Origin: Haliotis cracherodii
Taxonomy: Eukaryota
Direction of reading: 5' to 3'
DNA length: 64,000 bases
Assembly (NCBI RefSeq): GCF_022045235.1
Contig: NW_027266330.1
Span: 33,294,001 to 33,358,000 of the forward strand
Under the pieces are notes generated by a model, which ran no database searches, was not told where the DNA came from, and saw nothing but the letters and a program-made list of their open reading frames with translations. This document shows positions 39,700 to 50,247 of the stretch, one piece after another; positions within the stretch are counted from its first letter, which is position 1, and each line of letters opens with the position of its first letter. The translations under genes and the position numbers were made by a program.

Positions 39700-41200
39700 T
39701 GGAGTAGCACCTGCTGTTGCATCTTAAACCTGCTTTGTAAAATTTTGCATCCAATGTCTAACACTGTTTGCCGCTTACTACACAACAACATTTTGGTAAA
39801 TCTCTGACCGCCGCACTTGGACTCATTTTGCACTCCCTGTCGGAGGCCCAGGTCTTTGTCTTTACACGTGTCCTAAATGCTGTACAGGTTGAACTGGGTT
39901 CTGCTGCTACCTGATACAGGTCAATGTTGTCTCTGTCTACAATGACGCCCATGATATTACGAGGGTCGCCTTTACAACGACAGACAAGCGGGATCGCAAC
40001 TGTTACATTATCACCAGGGTTGCCAGGAACGTGCAGAAAACGACTGCGCCTGAGCATGCATTCCGCCTGTGCAAGTTGACCATCTGCTGCCCTATGTTGC
40101 TGGACCTGGATGTTTAGTTCAATGGTCCTTAGCTGAACCTCTGGGTCATCTTCAGTCTCTTCAGATGTCTGTTGCAACTATGTGGCGATTTCACTTGTCT
40201 GATTTGTGGGAGTGTATGCTGCGATAAGAACGTCTTCAGACACCGTTCTCTCGAGAGGTTCCGTTGGTATGGAATAGGTACGAAGTCAAACTTCGGCTTC
40301 AGTACCAAACCAGGATTTGTATGGTGACTGCTAGATAACAGAATGGTGGCTGCTGCATTTTTGGAATTGTTCAATACGGAGTCCCATAGACCAGTCTGTT
40401 GAATCATTGTCCCCTAACCACGCAATGAGCATGTCCTGTACGTCACAGTTTAAACGTTCAACTGAACCTTGGCTTTGTGGGTGTTTTGGTTTTCAATGTA
40501 CCATCAGGCCATAGAAGCATGAACTCAGAGATAACAAATGCAGTAAATTCCCCACCATTATCACTCTGCTAAACTGAGGTGGGCCAAGCAATACATAATT
40601 ACCACCAACTCAAAAGCCAACTTCTGCAGCGCGTTTAGATGTCACTGGACGCGACACACAATACTTAGTAAGATGGTCCTGATATACCTGTATCCACTTG
40701 TACGAGCTATAAGCCATTGACTGCATGTCGACAAGGTCCACCTGGCCTCCAGATCCAAAGTCCCTGGACATTGGACTGTATTTAACAACTACGCCCTTTG
40801 CTGTGATGCGTTTAGGCTTCTTCAGACATTCAGTGCAAAGCAGTACAGCCCTACTACCTCACGAAAGATATTAGCATAATTAATGCTCTCACCATTTTGT
40901 CACGATCAGCATGACCAGTTGAAACGTGACCTCTCTTAATGCTGCCAAATATATCATTGATTGGGCAAAGTATATGAGTTCTTGAGCACTGTCAATGCAT
41001 TTACGAAAGAACTTTTCAATATCACCATGAAGAATTTCATACCGGCCAAAAATGTAACACTATGTCTTAGCAGAACAAGCTTCTTAGGGTCCTTCAAAAA
41101 ACGCACTTTGTTTGTTATTGGGCAATAATAAGGATTTGTTGTCAGAATATTTCTTTTTCAACAGCTGTTAATGAAATGAAGCTTCCAACAACGGTTTACT
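39700..41200 (-). mobile_element. Decayed DDE integrase-type transposon (KRBA2/SCAND3-like, Ginger-related)
   Basis: Broken frames give GQVDLVDMQS (~40720-40750), YQDHLTKYCV, QSDNGGEFT, KPKHPQSQGSVERLN, GDNVTVAIP...DPRNIMGVI and a C-terminal CNSRC. Confidence 0.85.
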
Positions 41201-41469
41201 ATTACTGTCCATTTTTTATTAGGTCTTATAAGTATGTATGCTAGTTGCCTCAGGCCAGCAGCGGTATTATATGTGCATTATCTCTATATTATCTACTTAT
41301 TATCAGTGACGATAAAAGATTGTACTTGTTGTTACCCTGCCTGGTGCTCAGCATTTTGTAAGGGACTGGTCGTGTAGGGTATTCATGTTAAACTGTGGCA
41401 TGGACTCTCAGTGGGCAAGCACTATAAAATCGGCATTAGTCCGGACTAGTACAAGCATACACACGCAAA

Positions 41470-41503
41470 TAGACACACACACTCAAACACTCACACACAC
41501 GCA

Positions 41504-41565
<62 letters not shown>
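41470..41565. repeat. (CA)n/(CACG)n microsatellite inside a SINE
   Basis: Seen directly in the sequence. Confidence 0.95.
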
Positions 41566-41567
<2 letters not shown>

Positions 41568-41649
41568 CATACATGTGGCTATATAAGTGCAATAATTATT
41601 AATCTGTAATGAACAACATCCCTATTGTGACATTGAATAAGATTTAATG

Positions 41650-43111
41650 CAAAGTTACGTTTTTTTTACCAAATCTGTAACAATTTCGATTTGCAACAGA
41701 TAAAAGGCTCCTGCAAGTGTTCAAATGGTTTAATTTGCCAGACTGACTTCAGAAAATGCGTAAATTCATAAAAGACATGAACATGCCAAAATGTCAATTT
41801 ACAAATCAATAGCGTGTGTGTCCACCTCTGGTTGCGATGCAAGCAACACATGGTCTCATGGAATGGACCAGGCGTCGCACAAAGTCCTGTGGGGTATCTG
41901 TCCATATCTGCTGGAGCATGTTTCGAAGTTCCTGGAGTGTCTGTGGAAAGCGTGGTTGACCTCGAAGGCGCCGATCCATCACTTCCCACATGTGCTGGAT
42001 TGGTGAGAGATCAGGGGAGCGAGCCGGCCAGGGGATGACATTCACGTTGTTTTGTTGAAGATCATCCTGCACAAGTCGAGCAATATGAGGCTGGGCGTTG
42101 TCATGTTGAAAGCTAATGCCTGGGCCATGACGACGCAAAAACGGTAGAACAACAGGGCCGATGATCTCGTCGCGGTAGCGCTGTCCATTGAGATTTCCTT
42201 CTACCAAACTGTCTATCAAACTTCTATCAAACGGGTCCTCTGTCTTGCTGTAGTCCCACCCGAAACCATAACGCTGCCGTCCCAGAACCGATCTTTTTCA
42301 ATGACACAATGATTGGCGTAACGTCCACCTCGACGTCGGTACACTCGAATCCGTCCATCGCTGTGGCTGGGGTGAAAACAAGACTCGTCAGTGAATAGAA
42401 CTTGTCCCCACTGCATGGCCGTCTAGGATAGACGCTGTCTACACCACTGTAGACGTGCTTGACGGTGGTTTCATGTCAAAATGGGACGTCTGGCGGGTAT
42501 TCTGGGGACAATCCCTGCACATCTGAGGCGACGACGTACGGTTTGTGAAAGATGCTTCTTGCAGCCAGTGTTGATGGCTGGAATCGATTTTGTAGGCGTG
42601 TTGCTCGAATCCAGTTATCTTATCGATGATTGGTTACGTGTGGCCTGCCACTCCGAGGAAGGTCTCTGACTGCATGCGTATGTTGCCAACGTTGCCATAA
42701 ACACCAAATGGTGTTTCTATGGACGTTAAATTGTCTTGCAACATCATGTTGACTCGATCCTGCTTCAGGCATACCAATGGCTCTCAGACGCTCATTTTCG
42801 GACAGGCCTGGCATTTCGTAATGTTGAATAATTGCGTAACTTTGTTGCTTTTCTGGGTGGTTGTTGTCAGCACGATGCTAAACAATGCATATGGAATCCC
42901 GTTAACCCACATGTTTTTATACCCATTCTTTGGTAGTGAATGCATGGGGATTGCATAAAAGTCAACTTTTGCATGGAATGCATGCTTTTCTGTAGCAGTA
43001 GCGTTTTTTGTGACTTGATTCCATACATGTACTACAAGATTGAAAACCAAACTTCACTTTTTTTTAAATACACTAAAATATTGGTGTCACATGAACTTTT
43101 GTTGTTGAGTA
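41650..43111 (-). mobile_element. Tc1-family DNA transposon, decayed; left TIR eroded
   Basis: Motifs MPGLSENERLRAIGM, VLFTDES, FQHDNAQPH, WPARSPDLSPIQHMW and GGHTRY across four broken ORFs. Right end ...gttgttgagta|ta. Confidence 0.9.
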
Positions 43112-43230
43112 TATTATAATCTATTAATCTATTTATGATAAGGAAATAAATCGCATGGTTTAGTTTTGAGTGTCTCGATGGACCGAACTTTACAACTCGC
43201 TGTTCGGAAGCTAAATGAAGGAGATGAAAG

Positions 43231-43567
43231 TACGGAAACCTTTTAGGGCCATTTCTTTGTTTTTTTGTTATTTTTCTTGAAATTTGAAGATATTATGTTA
43301 AAGTTTGAAGATGCAAAGTTGAACTATCAAGTGGGAAACTTAAAATTTCAACTTATTATCTTGAAATTTCATCTTAGTATGTATATTGAACTTTCAAGAT
43401 ACTAAGTTGAAATTTCAAGGTGATAAGTTGAAATTTTAAGATTCTAACTTGACATTTCAACCTAGTATCTTCAAACTTCAACATAACATCTTGAAATTTC
43501 AAGTAAGTATGTTTCAATTTGAAAAAAACAAAATAAAAAAAACAATTGGCCCTAAAAGGCTTCCGTA
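43231..43567. mobile_element. Fold-back/MITE-like element
   Basis: Terminal inverted repeats tacggaaaccttttagggcc / ggccctaaaaggcttccgta, with internal ~21-bp ttgaaattt(c)aa subrepeats in both orientations. Confidence 0.75.
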
Positions 43568-43938
43568 TGATAGAGATTGTTCGTAGAAATTATATTTCCC
43601 GTTTACGAGGAAGTATCACCCATATTCAAGGGACATGTTTGTACGTTGACTGTAAGGTCGCCAACGCATTTAAACACAACAAAACTGATTTTCATGTTTA
43701 ATTTCCTGTTTAGATTGTACTGACACATTCGCACATGGGAGTGTTTTCAACCTCATGCAAAATAATTCACTACAACTGTGAACCTTTAACTTTCTATAAA
43801 GAGAAATATATGGTGCTAAGCCATCTTCACAAATAAAGGTTTATCAAAATCACATGGCGGGTCCGTCCTGCTCTCTTCATTGTCATCCAGCTTGAGATTG
43901 CCCACCGAGGCCCACTACTTTTATTACTGCAGAATGTC

Positions 43939-43972
43939 GGGAAATCCCAATATTATAGTCGAGGGAATTCCC
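43939..43972. promoter_or_regulatory. Paired canonical NF-kB/Rel sites
   Basis: GGGAAATCCC at 43939-43948 and GGGAATTCCC at 43963-43972. Confidence 0.45.
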
Positions 43973-44510
43973 TTTCTGCTCACGTGTATCGTCACGCACA
44001 GGACATTTACCGACTTCCGTGCATATTCATTGCCCAAACTACCCTTTGAAACCGAAGGCTCGCTCGCCTCGGTTCAGCTTTTATGTCTTCGGGTTTCATT
44101 TCTAACTAGCATTTTTCCAACTGTGTTTTACAGTAATCAGGGAAGTAATGTTTGAATTTGGCGGTAACTGACCATGTTATTTGAAACAGCCGCCTTCTCT
44201 CGGACATATTTCTTCCAGGGCCGTAACAGTCTGACTGTTGCAGATCTTTTCGCCCCTTGCCTTAATTGACAGGTCCAATGAACATTGTTTTGATCCTACT
44301 CTCCGTTGATTGGCTACTGACTGTGTAGGCGTGGAAAGTTATGTGCATAAATTAAACGATCACCTGACTCATGTCACGCCACTGTATGTATTCCTACACC
44401 TGGAATGTTTATCAATATCGTCATTTTTGTCTGTTTTGATATATACAACAGTTTTTGGTTAAACTATTGTAGATAAAAGATGTTTTACGTCGTCGAATGT
44501 CATAAGCATA

Positions 44511-44643
44511 GACTGTGTATTGTTTTCGTTTCATTGAGGTATGAATCGAAAAACCGATGTGCAAACTTTTGTACGCGGATTCATACAGTTTGCACATCGG
44601 TTTTCCGATTCATACCTCAATGAACCGAAAACAATACACAGTC
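44511..44643. repeat. Near-perfect inverted repeat, ~57-bp arms
   Basis: gactgtgtattgttttcg...gtgcaaact / agtttgcac...cgaaaacaatacacagtc. Confidence 0.9.
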
Positions 44644-44870
44644 AATCCCTAAATATTATTATCAAACGTCATTACACCTGACAGTTTTATAACATCAGCA
44701 TCAAACAGACAGGGATATTGCTCTAATAGTGTGTATGTCATCCACTTTTACAATTAAACTTGCCTAGCAGGTGAGGGCACTAAAGCTGTGATGGCCATTA
44801 ACAGATATCAGAGGACAGTTTGAGATGTACCATGCAAGGAACTATTCCCTCCTATTCTGTGTTATGGTGC

Positions 44871-45043
44871 TGAGTGAGTGAGTGAGTGAGTATGGTTTTA
44901 CGCCGCTTTTAGCAATATTCCAGCAATATCACGGCGGGGGACACCAGAAGTGGGCTTCACACATTGTACCCATGTCGGGAATCGAACCCAGATCTTCGAC
45001 GTGACGAGCGAACGCTTTAACCACCAGGCTACCCGACCGCCCC
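44871..45043 (-). mobile_element. Short tRNA-derived SINE, full length (truncated copies at ~5783-5910, 14626-14745, 23530-23677, 33373-33520)
   Basis: A box tagcctggtgg, B box ggttcgattcc, (actc)n tail. Confidence 0.88.
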
Positions 45044-45143
45044 CAATTAAACATGAAGGCAATACTGTTGATGATGATGATTATAACGATGATAATAATA
45101 GCAGCATATGGTTAAATAAAATAGCAATTCTATGTGGCAGTTG

Positions 45144-45151
45144 TAATAATG

Positions 45152-45208
<57 letters not shown>
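45144..45208. repeat. (AAT)n microsatellite
   Basis: Seen directly in the sequence. Confidence 0.95.
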
Positions 45209-48173
45209 TTGTCATACAAAAACCTACACAGGCTGTAACTGTAAGGTTGTCCGTAAAAAAATGAGTACAATGCTGTTATTAACAGCTTTAGTAACTGTTT
45301 TGTTTGTTTTTGTATGAACGCTATCATTCATAGTCAAGAGTTTGAAGAAAAAGTCACTCATCGATGATGACACACAGTGTGATTACTTTTCTAAGCATGC
45401 ATTTAAGCTCGTGGCAAAACATTTCCTCGTGGAAACATATTCAAACTGGTTTCGTTCTTCGGGAAGACATGCAACACAAAGTTGACTGCAACTAAAGACT
45501 ATCAATCCCATTAGGCAAAGTTATTCATGGAATGTTCTCTGTACATGAGAGCCCCCAGTCGAACCCTAAGTGAAGTGTTCACGTGACCCAACTGAATCCG
45601 AAACAGACCAAATGAAAAAACAACTTCCCTATTTCCCTATTTATGATCGATTGCAGTGACCGTCATTTCGAAGGTGGGACTCTCAACATGCATGTTGCGA
45701 CTGTGTGGAGGATCTCTTACAATGCAGGGGAGACAAGCCATTCATATACCGATGGCGTAGATCTTTTTCAGCACAAGGGAGATAACCCATGCATATAGCG
45801 ACTGTTAAGAAGATCTCGGACCAAGTTTTCCACAGCGATAGCGATCGTGGAGCTCTCTATACTATCGCTGCCCCCAGTCAAAACTCCCCACTGTGATAGG
45901 TGGCTACAACCATGCTAGTCGCAACCGGCCGACGGTTATGTTTACAAACAAGTGGTGACTGCCATGACGCCAAATACTCTCACCCCTGCTAAATTATTTT
46001 CTTTGTTTGTCAATTTTGAATTTCTATTTCATTTCAACTATCATGTAATTGGTATAGTAAGAATGTAAGGGGGAAGTTGGGTGATTTTCCCTTCGTCTGC
46101 AATCTCGAACCAATCTATATAAACAAAACGAAAGGTAGATTCGTTTGGGAAATATGGTCAGTCGTAAACCTTACAAAAATGAACTATGATGGCATTCCCA
46201 AAGACAAAAACAAAAGAATAAGCATTGCTACATTTGAGGTTAGAGGGCACATTTCAAGATTCTTGTAATGTCCGCACCCACAGTGGTGGCAGTGATGTTA
46301 CCGAGAGTGCAACGAAGGAGTCACGCGCTGGGAAGGAGCTTGGATCTCTAACAACACAGGGGAGACAAGCCAGTCATGTAGCGATTGCGATGATTTGTTA
46401 CAGCGCAAGGGAGACAACCCATGTATGGAGCGACTGTGTGATAGGAGGTCAAAACCATGCTTGGAGTTGAAGTTGCAACCGACTGACCGTTATGTTAAAT
46501 GCCATGTAAATGAGGTTTAACACCGCGTTCAAGATATTTTCATATAGACAGTGTTTGTTTGTTGTTTAACGCCGCACTCATCAGTATTCGAGCCCTATGA
46601 CGGCAGTCTGTAAATAATCGAGTTTGGACCAGACAATCCAGTAATCCAGTAATCCTGGGATACGATAACATGTATCAACCAAGTCAGCGAGCCTGACCAC
46701 CCGATCCCGTTACTCCTCTTATGACAAGTATAGTCGCCTTTTACAGCAAGTTGTTGATAAAGAGACTCTGAGATTGTCTGAACAAATATCAAAGAATCGA
46801 GAACTGAACCGATTCTGCTCCGTTCACTTAAGGATTGAAGTTGTATTTGTTGACGTTCATCAACTGATGAAGACAGTGCCTCACGTGAGCAAATTTATCA
46901 TGAAGCGCTTCAGATAGGACGATCCATTTCGCTTTTACTTCCTTTTTATGAAGTACGATTTCATAATTTCTTGTGGTTATTTTTATACCTAAACGTAAAC
47001 AGTTTCAATATTGATATTTCTGTTGGAGTAGTTTAGTTCCTCGAGAACAAAATACCACGAAGATTCATTGGACTTATCCCCAGCTTATTCTCACCAAGAA
47101 TGACTTCGATAACGTCGGAGAAAGACGTCATTTGTATTTGTATTTAAGGATTGAAATTGTATTTGTTGACGCTCATCAGCTGATGAAGACAGTGCCTCAT
47201 CTGAGCAAATTCCATACATTGACAGATACATTAATCATAACAAAACAATCCATTAAACATCAAACTTTAATTATTGAAAGCGAACTATATCAAAGCGGGG
47301 AGTCTTGACGTCGTGACGTCATCCGTCCCAAACATTCCGTTTGGAGTGACATCCCTTGGTTTTACAAACGGCAGAAAATGGCGGCTACCGCAATGTCATT
47401 CGTTTGAAATATAAGTTGTCCCCAGTAAAGTTAGCATTGGAATTGGAAAGAAATCCAGACCCGGCTCATGCTGAAAATGGATATATATTAACGTTCTGTG
47501 AAAGTTTGATGTGTGTTTGAGTCATACTACGGCTGCTGTTGACGGGGATTACCGCTTGAGGCGGCGCGGTTGGATTTACTGAGTCACGATAGTGTGGAGC
47601 TCGGTGATTTCTTTTGGAGAGTAGTGTATTCTCTGTTATAGCTTCAAATGGACGCTTCATTTCGGTGACCCGACATATACATGATCTGTCTGATTTCAAA
47701 GCCTGCAAGGCGGTCGGGTAGCCTGGTGGTTAAAGCGTTCGCTCGTCACGCCAAAGACCCGGGTTCGATTCCCGACATGGGTACAATGTGGGAAGCCCAT
47801 TTCTGGTGTCCCACGCCGTGATATTGCAACCGACTGACAGTTATGTTAAATGCCATGTAAAATGAGGTTTAACACCGCGTTCAAGATGTTTTCATATAGA
47901 CAGTGTTTGTTTGTTGTTTAACGCCGCACTCATCAGTATTCGAGCCCTATGACGGCAGTCTGTAAATAATCGAGTTTGGACCAGACAATCCAGTAATCCA
48001 GTAATCCTGGGATACGATAACATATCATGTACGGTTGGATTTACTGAGTCACGATAGTGTGGAGCTCGGTGATTTCTTTTGGAGAGTAGTGTATTCTCTG
48101 TTATAGCTTCAAATGGACGCTTCATTTCGGTGACCCGACATATACATGATCTGTCTGATTTCAAAGCCTGCAA

Positions 48174-48336
48174 GGCGGTCGGGTAGCCTGGTGGTTAAAG
48201 CGTTCGCTCGTCACGCCGAAGACCCGGGTTCGATTCCCGACATGGGTACAATGTGGGAAGCCCATTTCTGGTGTCCCCCGCCGTGATATTGCTGGAATAT
48301 TGCTAAAAGCGGCGTAAAACCAAACTCACTCACTCA
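48174..48336 (+). mobile_element. Short tRNA-derived SINE, full length (partial duplicate at 47709-47827)
   Basis: A and B boxes present; 13-bp TSD tcaaagcctgcaa. Confidence 0.9.
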
Positions 48337-49008
48337 AAGCCTGCAATCATTCATCACCTACATCGATGTCGCTCTCAGTTTTTTCCCTAATATTATTTTT
48401 AATGTTATCTTTAGACATTGCGGAATTCCCCTAAAGTAGTTCTTAAGGTCTACGTGCGATTGACAACGTAATCATGTGACATAGTGACGTTCATTGAGAA
48501 ATGAATGACAGTCAGCTTGGTGGTGTTCACCAAGGCGAGTCACCCGCTGCTGTCAATATAATAAATTGATGCAGCATCGACTGTGGAGAATGTGCCTTAT
48601 GTTGTATGCTTTAGTGTAACTTGGTATACTCCCCATATTGCCAGGAAGGGCATTGCGATATAAATATACATCAACTGTTGAATTGTGAAGAGCGTTTTCT
48701 ACAGAGAAATGTTATGTACAAAACGTTGTTGGAATCAGTTATGCTAGACCGGTTTATAAGACTGGAAGACTGTACGGAAGGCGCTATGGTCACACTCCGA
48801 GGTAGTATCACACATGTCGTAGAGGATATGGACCTTAAACTGTGCGACTAATTCTTAAGCATTGTGTCAAAAGAAATATGTTCATGGAACCTAAAATCTG
48901 TACTATACCTGTGAAAGAATATCAGCAATGTAAATAACCCATTCTAACTTACCTGTATAATCTGACAATTCATTGTTCATGTACATACATGTAATGCGTT
49001 GTGTTAAC

Positions 49009-49165
49009 NNNNNNNNNNNNNNNNNNNNNNNNNNNNNNNNNNNNNNNNNNNNNNNNNNNNNNNNNNNNNNNNNNNNNNNNNNNNNNNNNNNNNNNNNNNN
49101 NNNNNNNNNNNNNNNNNNNNNNNNNNNNNNNNNNNNNNNNNNNNNNNNNNNNNNNNNNNNNNNNN
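49009..49165. other. Assembly gap (157 N)
   Basis: Run of N. Confidence 1.
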
Positions 49166-50247
49166 CGCTGAACAATACATTGTAGTTCAACTCAGGAGAC
49201 TTGCTGCTAGGTATACATGTCCCGCGGCAGTGCGCTGAAAAAACACTATAGTTGGGGGTTTTTTTTGGCAGTATGATGTATGCGCGTAGCCTACTGTAGA
49301 ATTGTATGTATAACACAATACTCATTCATATTGCAGTCACTTTATTTCAGAACAAAACATCTTATATGGGTTATGCATTGTAGATAACAACAATAACCGA
49401 GTAACCGAGTACAATAATTGTCCTGAATGGTTACAATTATTGGATTTCTATATCAGGTGAAATATGAATGTTTCGAAAACTTCTAAGGTAGAATGAGCAA
49501 AGAAAAGTATTGTCCTTTATATTATTAAAGGTTCATTATTCATGTCCATGCATTGGAATAGGATCTTCAACTGCTGTGCTGTTCTCGTCCATCAACAGGG
49601 AGCCAGGTACATGTTTCCCCATCTTTACAACAGTTGCAATGGTTTTGTTCATCTTGTGGATCGGCTGGTTCTGAAAGAGACAATTTTTCCATGAGCGAAC
49701 CTTACACGATAATGCAGAACTAGAGAATATCACCATCATCTGAGAGTATCTTTTGATCAAGTATACCAACACTTTTCGACAAAAGTTTAAAACACCTCGA
49801 TACACATAGTAGTTAGAAGTAGGTCTGCAAAACAATCGGATGCAATTCTTTGTAGCAGTATCTCGCCTGTAGATCACACCATGTAGATGATAGAAAACAA
49901 TACTGCCATTGTGAAAAAATATTGTGCCACGTATAGCTGTGTTCCAAAGATATTTGAGCTGTTGTGATGTTTCACATTTCATAGTCAGAACGCCTCCAAA
50001 CCTGTGGTCACTAGCGGCTATTGCAGTTGTACATTGACGAGAGTTACAACACACCGAGATAAATAGACTAAAGTATTTGCTTTATTGGTTGTGTAAGACA
50101 TACATCTATTTTGCTATTGAATATTAGCTAGAGAAGAGTAGAATTCCTTTTAGCAAGATACAGGTTACACTGACGACCGCAATATTATTTTTTTTTAAGC
50201 GAAAGAACGAAAAATAATGTTAATAACGTCATGAAGTAAGAACTTGT

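Noticed and set aside
46828-47212. Two ~67-bp direct repeats containing CTGATGA (also 59972) as hammerhead ribozymes
   Set aside because: No properly placed stem II plus GAAA core on either strand; at most decayed relics.
48174-48250. tRNA-like sequences here and at 2015, 44970, 56940
   Set aside because: These are SINE heads joined to SINE bodies and tails with TSDs, not free tRNA genes.
49536-50054. 172-aa ORF downstream of the FAMeT-domain gene
   Set aside because: GTG start, no recognisable domain, and its nearest acceptor is phase 2, which is incompatible with the phase-1 donor upstream.
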